Assembly: GCF_006345805.1 (NCBI RefSeq)
Contig: NC_043017.1
Span: 16,678,001-16,742,000 of the forward strand
Length of the DNA: 64,000 nt
DNA from: Octopus sinensis
Taxonomy: Eukaryota
Direction: 5' to 3'
Shown here: positions 36,888 through 48,590 of the stretch, piece by piece
Layout: every line of letters begins with the position of its first letter
How positions within the stretch are numbered: the stretch's first letter is position 1
Position numbers and translations under genes: made by a program
Notes under the pieces: generated by a model
The model's input: the letters and a program-made list of their open reading frames with translations, nothing else
The model's database searches: none
What the model was told of the DNA's origin: nothing

Positions 36888-38282
36888 TATATAATAATTT
36901 CCAAATAATAACAATGATTTTGTAAAGAATCATTTCCTTGACAGGCACAAAGCTACGAATTTGTTGAAGAGTAAAAATCCCTTTGCAGAGTTCACTGATA
37001 CTTGGGAGAATGAAAGGCAAAAATTGACACTAGAGCAATTTTACTTGTAACATGCATGCACTTGCCAAATAATTTCTGATCTGGAAGCCCATCCATCATT
37101 GATTTCAAGAGATTGTCATGATGTGAAGACTACTTTTAAAGACACTAGACTATGAAAAGTGAAGTCAGCAATTCAAAACTAATAGGAAATATACTATTAA
37201 TGCAATTAGTACAGTTATCTTCTGCTTCCGTCAGCCACATTAACAATCATTTTGAGAGGGCATTACGTTTATCAAAACACCCTAGAACAGTAATGGAAAA
37301 GAACAAGGCAATAAAATAAAGGCTCTTATACAGGACCCTAAATGAAACCTCCCCAGTACTAGATAGGAAATATACATAGAAGGTAGTCATACCTCAATAC
37401 TCACAGTTTATATATACACAGGTAGAGTTGTTAGTAGGCTGTTATGTGTGTGTAGGTAAATGGATATGTAAGTAAACACAAAGGTAGGTACGTAGATAAT
37501 ATGGACAGACAAGCACGCACACAAACACATACACAAATGAAGGCTGGAACACATGTCCATATACACAGACACACACTTCACACACATGGAGACACATATC
37601 TATACATAACAGACACATGTACATTGTCACCCAAACCCATTCACATAGACATACTCAAACATACACATACATGCATATACATACATGAGTATATACACAT
37701 GAACACTGACACACGCACAAACAAAATGAACGCAGGGCTGTTCAGGCTGCAGGTCCCTTTTGTCATGGTTGCTATGACTGGATGCTCTTTCTAACACCAA
37801 CCACTTTTCAGAGTGCGGACTGGGTGCTTTTTACATGGCACCAGCATCTATGAGCCCACAAGATTAGGGACGCTCAGCAGGGGAGGGTTGCAAGGGAAGA
37901 GCCTGTATGCAAGGGCAGCCACGCTTTTACTTGGCTGGACATGTCCTTTCAAACACAGCAAACCACGAGGGTCCCTTTGTTGAGTCCCAACGTTTTCTAG
38001 CATCTACTCCTTCCACATGACCCCTCTGCAATTAGAGATTGGCACCTCTTGATGCACCTGTCTTCATTCATATGCATTACATGGCCATTCCCGTGCAGTC
38101 TTTTCTCTCGCACACTACATCAGATGCTACGTAGACCCAGTTTCTCTCTCAAATCACTTACACTCTGTCATATATGCACACTGACATTACCCACCCAGCA
38201 AAGCACACTGGCTTCATTTCTTTCAAGTTTTTGCATATCCTCAGTAGCCACATACACACACACACATACGTACATTATCATC

Positions 38283-38552
38283 ATTCATCATCATCATCGT
38301 TTAACGTCCGCTTTCCATGCTAGCATGGGTTAGACGGTTCAACTGGGGTCTGGGAAGCCCGAAGGCTGCACCAGGCCAGTCAGATCTGGCAGTGTTTCTA
38401 CAGCTAGATGCCCTTCCTAATGCCAACCACTCCGTGCCACCGACACAGGTGCCAGACGAGGCTGGCAAACGGCCACACTCGGATAGTGCTTTTTACGTAC
38501 CACCGGCACGGAGGCCAGGCATGTCTCGCAACGGCCACAATCGGATGGTGTT

Positions 38553-38555
<3 letters not shown>
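38283..38555 (-). mobile_element. SINE-like family B
   Basis: Reverse-complement core, tail and internal repeat units. Confidence 0.88.
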
Positions 38556-38591
<36 letters not shown>

Positions 38592-39413
38592 TAAAAACGG
38601 TAAGATAACAAAAGAAAGAAAGAGACCTCAATATTATGTAAATAGAGGAAATTTATCTGTAAAATAATATGTGACAATTATTCGGTAGCCAAGATAAAAC
38701 TCTGAGTTTCGGATGCCGAGGTGGAAATCCACAACACCATCGGAAAAAACGCTATGAAAAATGACCGTTATACAAAGGGAAATTAATGTGTTATTGAACG
38801 CTATTTAGACATATATATATATATATATATATATATTTGACTGAAGATTAGAGGCTTTGAATGACCCGTCCGTTTTTTTGTATCATCTATTTGAATGTTT
38901 TGCGTTCTTGTCCCATTTTGTATTTTAATATATATATATATATATATACATATCTTTGTGTATGTGTTTGTCCCTCACCACTGCTTCACAACCGGTGTTG
39001 GTGCGTTTACTTCCCTGTAACTTAGCAGTTCAGCAGAAGACATCTGTAGAACAAGTACAAGGCTTTACAGAAAAATCAGTACTGGGGTTGATAAGTTTGA
39101 CTAAAAGCTTTCAAGGCAGTGCTCCAGTATGGCTGCAGCCAAAAGGTATTTCATTTCATCAGGACCCAGATCTAGATTACACAATGTCATCGATGTCATC
39201 AATTTATTTTTATAGAAAAAGTAAAAGTGTGTGTGAGAGAGAGAAATTAGTTTTCCATTTGTAGCGAGTAGAGCAGCCATTATTGACTTGATGGAAGCTT
39301 TCTGATGGTTGTAAGTGGCTGACCTTATTATTGCCATAAGAGGGAAATGAAATCTGGAGAAGGTGGATGTGTTGCAGGTGAATTGTGAAGAATTATATTA
39401 TTAAATTCAGATA

Positions 39414-39826
39414 GGCGCAGGAGTGGCTGTGTGGTAAGTAGCTTGCTAACCAACCACATGGCTCCGGGTTCAGTCCCACTGCGTGGCATCTTGGGCAAGT
39501 GTCTTCTGCTATAGCCCCGGGCCGACCAATGCCTTGTGAGTGGATTTGGTAGACGGAAACTGAAAGAAGCCTGTCGTATATATGTATATATATGTATATG
39601 TGTGCGTGTGTGTTTGTGTGTTTGTCCCCCTAGCATTGCTTGACAACCGATGCTGGTGTGTTTACGTCCCCGTCACTTAGCGGTTCGGCAAAAGAGACCG
39701 ATAGAATAAGTACTGGGCTTACAAAGAATAAGTCCTGGGGTCGATTTGCTCGACTAAAAGGTGGTGCTCCAGCATGGCCGCAGTCAAATGACTGAAACAA
39801 GTAAAAGATAAAAAGATAAAGATAAA
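39414..39826 (+). mobile_element. SINE family A
   Basis: Full-length; tail variant (GATAAA)n. Confidence 0.93.
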
Positions 39827-40148
39827 TGGTAACACGAGTAATGAGAAACATAACTGAAGGTTACAGGAGAACTGTGACTAAAAGTATTAATTACTGGAAT
39901 TAAGGGGGCATTTAGAGGATAGACAAGCAACAAGCTATTCTGAGTATTTGGGTATTTATATCATTGTCACTAACATTGCTATCATCATATAAAATCTCAA
40001 CACAGTCTCTTACTGAACTAGAAATAACAGCCAAGTCATCATCATATTTGCAAATTTAATTTCTAAATATGCAGTTTTCGTTTTAGTAACTTTCAATGTT
40101 TTTTTTTGTTTTTGTTTGTCCTTTGTTTGCATTTTTACAAATTCATGT

Positions 40149-40400
40149 CCATCATCATCGTTTAGCGTCCGCTTTCCATGCTAGCATGGGTTGGACGGTT
40201 CAACTGGGGTCTGGGAAGCCAGGAGGCTGCACCAGGCCCAGTTTGATCTGGCAATGTTTCTATGGCTGGATGCCCTTCCTAACGCCAACCACTCCATGAG
40301 TGTTAGTGGGTGCTTTTTACATGCCACCGGCACAGGTGCCAGACGAGTCTGGCAAACGGCCACGATCGGATGGTGCTTTTTATGTGCCACCGACACGGGG
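40149..40400 (-). mobile_element. SINE-like family B
   Basis: Reverse-complement core and tail. Confidence 0.88.
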
Positions 40401-40591
40401 CGCTATAGTAATAAAACAGACAAAAGAAAAAAAAAAAGCTCAAGAAATTTCTCTCAAAATTTAGAGCCACCCTCATCACTTCTCATCAGCCCAGAACTGA
40501 ACTGAACCAAGAGTGAGTTTGGGAATATGTGCCTTCATCTGTATAGGAGGGTATCTATACGCATATGAGAATATATTTTCACATGTATGTG

Positions 40592-40627
<36 letters not shown>

Positions 40628-40672
40628 CAATAATAAATCTCTGAACGAGATGTAAACAGTAACTGCATGACA

Positions 40673-40860
40673 ATGTAAGGTATACTAGCCATCTCAATAT
40701 GGCTAACCACTATGGGTGGATGTTACTGTAGCTTGTAGCCCCAGGAGATCATTGTCTCCAGCTGGCTTTAGGCACACTTTCTGTGCCCTTATGGCTACAA
40801 GCTACAGTAACATCCACCCTTAGTGGTTAGCCATATTGAGATGGCAAGTATACCTTACAT
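40673..40860. mobile_element. Foldback MITE with ~68-bp arms
   Basis: atgtaaggtatactagccatctcaatatggctaaccac...gtggttagccatattgagatggcaagtataccttacat. Confidence 0.88.
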
Positions 40861-40881
40861 ATATATGTATATATACTATTA

Positions 40882-40915
<34 letters not shown>

Positions 40916-41212
40916 TATTTGTAGGTGGGGGTTACTGCAGATCCCACATCTAACATCTCCGCACTCTCTTACAAAGAATTCAGTTTTAGTTTCTGATGAG
41001 AATTTTGCTCTTGTTAGTTGTTTCTTCAGGTTTTTGTCCTGTTGACAAGACATTGGATTAAAAGGGTTAGATCCTTTTGATTCAATACTTCAACACATTG
41101 TTAACCTTTGGCCCCTTCAATAGGCATGGAATGGTTTGTTATAAAAATATCATCAGATTCAGTGAGGCGTTTATTTCAGTTTTCGTGCTTATTGATTTTT
41201 TCAATTTCCATG

Positions 41213-41534
41213 TTTCAAATTGCAGTTGTGATCCCTGTGACGGTGGCACATAAAAAGCACCATCGGAACGTGGCCAATGCTAGTGCCGCCTTGACTGGCT
41301 TCTGTGCCGGTGGCATGCAAAAAGCACCAACCGATTGTGGCCGTTTGCCAGCTTCCCCTGGCACGTAAAAAGCACCCACTACACACTCGGAGTGGTTGGC
41401 GTTAGGAAGGGCATCCAGCTGTAGAAACACTGCCAGATCAGACTGGAGCCTGGTGCAGCCTCCTGGCTTCCCAGGTCCCAGTCAAACTGTCCAACCCATG
41501 CCAGCATGGAAAACGGACGTTAAACGATGATGAT
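41213..41534 (+). mobile_element. SINE-like family B
   Basis: Internal repeats, core and (GAT)n tail. Confidence 0.88.
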
Positions 41535-41803
41535 TAATCTTTTCAGTTTTGTATGATTTGTTATAAAAATATCATCAGATTCAATTTGAGGTTTCATCAT
41601 TTCACCTTTTTGTTTTTTTAATTAAGGGTTGAACAATTTTTTTCAGTTGAGGGAGATAAAAGTGCCAATATTTCTCATAAAACATGGGGGGAGGATAACC
41701 CAATATTTTAATGGGGGTGAGAAAACCAAAAAGTAGCGCTTTCTCTTGACCAAAAACCAAGCTGGGTGTCAGCAAATAATTTTCTTCAAGGAATGTGATT
41801 AGT

Positions 41804-42226
41804 GGTGCAGGAGTGGCTGTGTGGTAAGTAGCTTGCTTACCAACCACACGGTTCCGGGTTCAGTCCCACTGCGTGGCATCTTGGGCAAGTGTCTTCTGCT
41901 ATAGCCCCGGGCCGACCAATGCCTTGTGAGTGGATTTGGTAGACGGAAACTGAAAGAAGCCCGTCGTATATATGTATATATATATATATATATATATAAG
42001 TGTGTGTGTATGTGTTTATGTGTCTATGTTTGTCCCCCTAGCATTGCTTGACAACCGATGCTGGTGTGTTTACGTCCCCTTCACTTAGCGGTTCGGCAAA
42101 AGAGACCGATAGAATAAGTACTGGGCTTACAAAGAATAAGTCCCAGGGTCGATTTGCTCGACTAAAGGCCGTACTCCAGCATGGCCGCAGTCAAATGACT
42201 GAAACAAGTAAAAGAGTAAAGAGAGT
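41804..42226 (+). mobile_element. SINE family A
   Basis: Full-length match. Confidence 0.93.
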
Positions 42227-42299
42227 GGTTTTGTTTTGTCAATTTGTTCTATGACTTAACAGGTTTGTGTGGTTAAAGAGACAGGCTTGTAATTTCCAG

Positions 42300-42570
42300 G
42301 ATCTGCTCTGATTCCATCTTTATGAATGGGGCATACTATGCTGTCTTTCCATTTGCCTGGATGCTTGCCACTTTCAAGGAACTCCTGAAAGACAGACTGT
42401 AGTCATTTTGTTAGGGTTCATTTATATGTTTTTAGAAGGATTGCTGGAAATCCATTAGGGCTTATTTAATCTATGGCTAGTATTACATCCTTTGTGTTGA
42501 TGTAAACAATCACTGTTGCCTTCCCTTGAGCATCTATAGTGGTAAAGAACTCATCTGGTTTGCTCAGTTG
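42300..42570 (-). mobile_element. Decayed CR1-like RT N-terminal fragment
   Basis: SPNGFPAILLKT...SVFQEFLESGKHPGKWKDSIVCPIHKD, with stops. Confidence 0.6.
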
Positions 42571-42698
42571 CCTGATGCCGCAGAGGGGAAGTGAAAGCAT
42601 TTTTGAATTGTTCATTCAGTATTTCACTTATCCTTTTCGGGTTTGGAGTTAGGGAGCCATTTTCTTGGAGGGGTGATCCTCCCTTGGCCAGACATTAA

Positions 42699-42918
42699 CC
42701 CTTTAGCATTTAATCCGGCCATATCCGGCCCAAGTGTTCCACCTGTTTTATGTTAAAACTGTCTGGATCCAACCTCTCACACCTACCCTACAATGTCATT
42801 TTAAAAGGATATAGCCACACCATTTAAATTTTGAAGTTGCAAAATAATATGTGATTAATTCAAAACAGTATGAATAAATAAGCAAGAAATTTCACAAAGA
42901 AATATGACTGCTAAAGGG
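42699..42918. mobile_element. piggyBac-like MITE
   Basis: TTAA|CCCTTTAGCA...TGCTAAAGGG|TTAA. Confidence 0.88.
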
Positions 42919-43497
42919 TTAAGGTTGTTATTTAGCGAAGCTAAAGAAAGTTTTAAGGTTTGTTTTTATATTTTCTATAATACTAGTTTCCTTTTCAAGA
43001 GAGTATAGCAAATGTTTCTCATCTCCTGTACTATCTTTTTTAGATGGGATTTTTGGCTCTTATCTACTTTATTTGCAATCTGTATTCTTCTCTTATACAA
43101 TCTATTCTTTCCCTAGCAATTTTGTTTTCATGCAGACTTTCTGGTTTTCTCCAAGACAAATTCTATGCATTTGGCTTGTATTACTGACATGAATCATTTA
43201 AGTTCCATGATGATGTCAGGTACAAAGACTCATTTAGGCTAATTCTGCTACAGGATTTCTTTCTGTATATTTTTCTTCCAGGAAGCTTTGTGGCAGTTCA
43301 GATTGGATAATGTCTAAGTGTTTTTTATAGGCTATATACCTGTGGCTTCCTTTCACTCATACATAGTTAGTTCAGCTATATTGTGATCCAAGATTGACAT
43401 GTCACTTTCACATTATGGACTAGTTCCATATTATTTGCAAAGCAGAGATCCAGAATATTATTTGCCCTGGTTGGGTGGAGTATTATCTTTTCCATAA

Positions 43498-43655
43498 ATT
43501 GGCATTAGGAAAGGCATCTAGCTGTAGAAACTCTGCCAGATCAAGATCGGAACCTGGTGCGACCGTCTGGTTTGCCAGCCCTCAGTCAAAATTGTCCAAC
43601 CCATGCCAGCATGGAAAGCGGACGTTAAACGATGATGACGATGATGATGATGAAC
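43498..43655 (+). mobile_element. SINE-like family B, 3' part
   Basis: Core and (GAT)n tail. Confidence 0.85.
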
Positions 43656-45048
43656 ACGATAGTGGGGTTTGTTTATGCCTTGTCATTCCTGATAGAAAGT
43701 ACCCTTCAGGGTATCTGACATTGAGTATACTGAAGTCTCCCATAAGAAGCTAACTGATGTATCGATAAAGTTTGGTTAGAGCCAGCCTTCAACCATATCC
43801 ACATAATTTGGACCATGTGATGGGGGACGCTAACAATTTTGAGTCATCTTATATGTACTATTCAGGTATGCAGGCAATCTGAAAGCACCTCTTGGAGAGT
43901 GGACCGTACCCTGCCAGGAGTACAGTGAAGTCATGGGATTGCAGAATGGTGGATTTTGAAGAGGTAGCAGAAGAGCTCAACTGAGCCAACAGTGCTAGGA
44001 ATCCTAGAAGACCAACGGTCAGGATCATCAAGCTCTATCAAGGGGGTAACTACAACATATCCATAGAGGCAGCATCCATAGTTGTGTAGTCATCTAATGG
44101 AAGATTCACTATTACTCAAGCTGCCAATCCAAATTCATAGAATTGAATGGCAACAGAGAGTGATGGGAATCTGCAAAAGCAGTGCACCCGAAGAAGAGAG
44201 CATGAGCTATTAGTGTCCTACACACCAAGTTTGAATATGATGTGTAAGGTCTTCACTGTGATTCCTGCTTTTTCTGTCAGTAGACATTTCTTCGCCAGGG
44301 GCAATGGTAGAAAATATTTGCCTGAAGTGCAAATATTGTGTGTGTGTGTGTGTGTGTGTGCGAGCATGTGTGTGAGTGCTTGTATTTACTAATAGGGGAG
44401 AAAGTACTCAATACATAAAGTAGAATTGTCTAGAGAAGTGAAATTCAGAGTAGCAACGAAAGGGAGTTTAAGCTTCACAACTGTGAATTTAAATGTTTGG
44501 TATAAATATTAAAAACATATATTTCTGTGAGTATCCCGAGTGATGCTTTGCGCTTCCAGAGCGAAAGAGCTTTCTCTTTCACAAAGAGGAGGCAAGGATA
44601 GAGTATAAATGCATAACTGAAATATCTTTGCCACTGGGGCTCTTTGTCTCACTCTATCTCCTTCCCATCTTTCACACCCACCTTACATTCCACTCATTCA
44701 CCCATACAATTTAGACATAACTATTTCATACACAGTGACAACACTATTTATAGGGCAAACAATGAGGTGGGGACGTGAAAGCGGTGTCGGGAGAAGGATG
44801 AACCTCAAACACACAAGCAGGAATAAATGAATCAACGAACATATATAATTAGAGAGAGAGAGAGAGCAATGAAAGAAACTCGACAGACCATTGTCTACCT
44901 TCTTAAAAAGGGGCGACACGTTAGGTAGTGTCCATGCACTAGAAAAACACTCGAGAACAGAAACTGTAATACGTTTGCACATAAGTCTGGTCAGTCAATA
45001 TGTCCAGTCACAAAGTTGAAACCTAGAATCCATATGGCTGACACAAAT

Positions 45049-45084
<36 letters not shown>

Positions 45085-45123
45085 TCATGTAGGAAACAAT
45101 GGAGGTGGAGGGGGCGAACGAAA

Positions 45124-45476
45124 TCTCTCTCTATATAAACGGCAAAATGTGTGTCTGTGTGTCCTTTATACAAATCCACAATTTTTCAGTTAGAGGGATC
45201 GCACTTTCCATGGTCATTCAAAACCGTCCAAGGGTGGTCGTGCACATCTTTACATTTCCCCAGTCACCCCGCAAAGCCATTAAAAATTCAATAGAAGTGA
45301 CTTTTTTGTGAATTTTCTACCCAAAACCCAATCAAAATGCCCGTAACTTGATGCGCCAATTGAATGCCAGCTAGCTGTATGTGATTGGTCGGAGATTTGG
45401 ACAGTACTCACGTCACACACAGCTGTATATGCATGCACTAGCATTATGACCTGGCGTTGCCGGGTCATAGTGCTAG
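45124..45476 (+). mobile_element. Non-autonomous Helitron-like element
   Basis: A|TCTCTCTCTATATAAAC 5' end; gacctggcgttgccgggtc hairpin + CTAG|T 3' end. Confidence 0.82.
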
Positions 45477-45609
45477 TTTAAACTAAAATTATAGTGTGGC
45501 TTAATCGGTATTTTAATTACAAAGTGGAAACTTATGGTGTAGAAGATATGGTAGAGCACTAGACCAAATGCCCTTGCTCCCAGCATCTGTCACAAACATG
45601 AAGCCTTAT

Positions 45610-45772
45610 GATAGGGAGAGTTTACGAAAAAAACAAAAGACGAAGACAGGTGGTGTACAAAATAAACAGATGTATTAGAATAACGCTCAGGAATAGAAAA
45701 AGTCTTTTACGTTTCGAACCTACGCTCTTCTACAGAAAGGTACACAGAGAAAAACAAGGAGAGAAAAAAAAA
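45610..45772 (-). mobile_element. Second copy of the hammerhead-bearing Penelope-like repeat (motif at 45704-45739)
   Basis: Minus strand: cttt-CTGTAGA-A-gagc/gtag/gttc-GAAA-CG-TA-aaag. Confidence 0.65.
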
Positions 45773-46036
45773 AGCTTTATGATAATTTAATATCTAGAAA
45801 TAAGACAACTTGAAATCTCGCAGGTAAGGTCAAGCTCTGTGGAAGGCTTTTGAAAAACCAGTAACTGTTGTGACCGATACCATTACCATTTTAACAAATC
45901 CTGTCCACTCAACTATCAATTGGTATCATAGGTAGGAACAAATGGTGGTAGCGTTGTGATACTGACGAGGGTTTTACTTCGTTAGCAAGCAGCTACCTGA
46001 AGGAGGATACATTCTACTAGGGATACAATCACTTAT

Positions 46037-46256
46037 ATATTTCTTCACTACCCACAAGGGGCTAAACACAGAAGGGACAAACGGATTAAGTCAATTATAT
46101 CGACCCCAGTGCGTAGCCGGTACTTATTTAATAGACCCCGAAAGGATGAAAGGCAAAGTTGACCTTGGCGGAATTTGAACTCAGAACATAACGCCAGACC
46201 AGATACTGCTAAGCATTTCGCCCGGCATACCAACGATTCTACCAGCTCGCCGCCTT
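46037..46256 (-). mobile_element. SINE family C
   Basis: Full head and core. Confidence 0.9.
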
Positions 46257-46634
46257 TATACAATCACTTATATTTAAACAAAAATTTTGTAATTCCCACC
46301 TACCTAATGGTTTATATCAGACACTACATGGGACTAATTATGCATTCATATATTCAAAATTAACACTTCACTTCATGACTAACTAAAATTTTCTTTTATT
46401 AGATTTTTATTAACAGAAGTGAAACACCTGTCTTCTACAAGAGTAGATGAAAAAAGCTTTTCAATAGGATTTTTTTTATGCTAAAGAATTTTGTTCTTTC
46501 CTGGAAAGAACAGAATTACTTTTTTGCCCTTTCACAACAAACTTATTGGTACAGTCTCAATTTCACACCTGAAGTCTATGTATATTATGGAAAGTAAGGT
46601 GAAATTTATTACTTTTATTCCCCAAATGATATAC

Positions 46635-46690
46635 TGTGAACATTCAAGTGCACAATGCATTTTAATATCATCTTCAGGCAGTATTTTTAT
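46635..46690 (-). CDS. Candidate 56-nt exon (IKILPEDDIKMHCALECS)
   Basis: cttttaattatcag acceptor and CA|gtatat donor; phase 0-2 would match the phase-2 acceptor at 36531. The donor is weak. Confidence 0.35.
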
Positions 46691-46734
46691 CTGATAATTA
46701 AAAGATGGATTTAGTGATGGCCTCAACTAATTCA

Positions 46735-46930
46735 TCATCATCATCATCATTTAGCATCTGCTTTCCATGCTAGCATGGGTTGGACGGTTCAACTGGGGTC
46801 TGTGAAGCTGGAAGGCTTCGTCAGGCCCAGTCAGATCTAGCAGTGTTTCTACAGCTGGATGCCCTTCCTAACGCCAACCACTCCGTGAGTGTAGTGGGTG
46901 CTTTTTACGTGCCAGTGGCACCTGTGCACG
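46735..46930 (-). mobile_element. SINE-like family B
   Basis: Reverse-complement tail and core. Confidence 0.88.
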
Positions 46931-47788
46931 TAATTCCTAGATATAGAGTTAATTAGACACCTTTTCTGTCAAATATAAGTACTTTTTCTGTATTTAGTTC
47001 CAGGCCAGCTCTGATCAAACAATCCAATGATCAAAAGTGATTCCTATGTGACTAATCCTTGTCAATTTTTTGTTCTTCACATAAGTGTATCTAGGAAAAT
47101 ATTATCCAGCATATCCATTTTTTAAGCGTGTGTAGTAGTAGTAACTGGAGGCATTTGGCTGCTATTTCTTGTAACCACATAGCTACTTAATAGATTGGAG
47201 AGGAAATGCTTTCTTAGCAATAATGAGAAATTTCTTGTTCAAGTTGCAAAAACTTAGACACTTTCTCTTTTTCTGGTTCTGTGAATTTTATCATAATTTT
47301 TCTAAAGAATTTTGTTATAATTTTCATAGGACTTCATTGCAACTGTGCAGTGTGATTGCACAGAATTTTAGTAAATGATAAAACATATAAGCTATACATT
47401 CATCTCTTATTATTCCATGCATTCAACCATTCCATTGTTGCTTTGTCCAGGTTAATGTTGTTTTTGTTCTAGACGCGGAAAGAGCAAGAAGAATATCGTT
47501 TTTACAGTGGGGCAACACATTTGCACGAAAGGATTCGATTTGTGACCACAATCTGAAAAATGGATTAACTGAGATTACTCATCCATGTCCAAGGCAGACG
47601 TATCGAATAGCTCTCCACCACCCCACCGAGAAAAAGTCTCTTCAGATTCTCATGTTTTTAACATTACAATTTTGTTAAGACGAAAAACATTCTTTTTATA
47701 TTTCAAATTTTCCCTCCATCCACCCAGAGCTTTTGTTTTTTTGAAAATTTCAGGTGGGATTCCATGTTTAAAAATACAAAGATTACTA

Positions 47789-47933
47789 GGCACAGGAGTT
47801 GCTGTGTGGTAAGTAGCTTGCTAACCAACCATATGGTTCCAGGTTCAGTCCCACTGCGTGGCATCTTGGGCAAGTGTCTTCTGCTATAGCCTTGTGAGTG
47901 GATTTGATAGACGGAAACTGAAAGAAGCCTGTC

Positions 47934-47995
<62 letters not shown>

Positions 47996-48210
47996 ATGTG
48001 TATGTGTGTCTGTGTTTGTCCCCCCAATATCACTTGACAACCGATGCTGGTATGTTTACGTCCCCGTTACTTAGTGGTTCGGCAAAAGGGACCGATAGAA
48101 TAAGTACTGGGTTTACAAAGAATAAGTCCCGGGGTCGATTTGCTCGACTAAAGGCGGTGCTCCAGCATGGCAGCAGTCAAATGACTGAAACAAGTAAAAG
48201 AGTAAAGAGT
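47789..48210 (+). mobile_element. SINE family A with expanded internal (TA)n
   Basis: Full-length with a short internal deletion; TA tract ~47936-47993. Confidence 0.93.
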
Positions 48211-48464
48211 ACTATTCTCAATTTTTTTAAACTTCAGATCTACAATGTCGATTGCTAACGAAATTTTCTTATTTCAATTTGTGATCACAACCCAACTACA
48301 GAGTTGTAAAACTTCCATAAAATATGATTAACATGAGTCTACTCGCTAGTAGACAAACACTGCCTCTCAGGGGAATGTTTAAGACCTAAAAATAAGGGAG
48401 ACGACTTCAATGGTCTCGTCAGGCATTTTACTTTCAACCATAGTATTTAGGTTACTGGCTTCAA

Positions 48465-48590
48465 AGTGAATTACAGGTGAAAGAGGGGGGGGGAGAGAGA
48501 GAGTGCGTGTGCTAATTACAAGTGAATACAGGTGAAAGAGGGGTGGGGACAGCAGAGAGAGAGAGAGTGCGTGTGTGCAAATTACAAGTC
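48465..48590. repeat. Imperfect ~58-bp tandem duplication
   Basis: aagtgaat(t)acaggtgaaagagggg...gagagagagagtgcgtgtg...aattacaagt occurs twice. Confidence 0.8.

Noticed and set aside
24328-47552. Naming the gene from faint resemblances to CPLANE1 or WDR7-like segments
   Set aside because: Only short, gapped similarities from memory that point to different proteins; no symbol is assigned without a search.
47423-47552. LWSQIESFRANVLP...TWTKQQWNG as an exon
   Set aside because: No donor in a phase compatible with the next candidate exon. WTKQQWN also resembles a decayed Tc1 transposase motif, so it is ambiguous.
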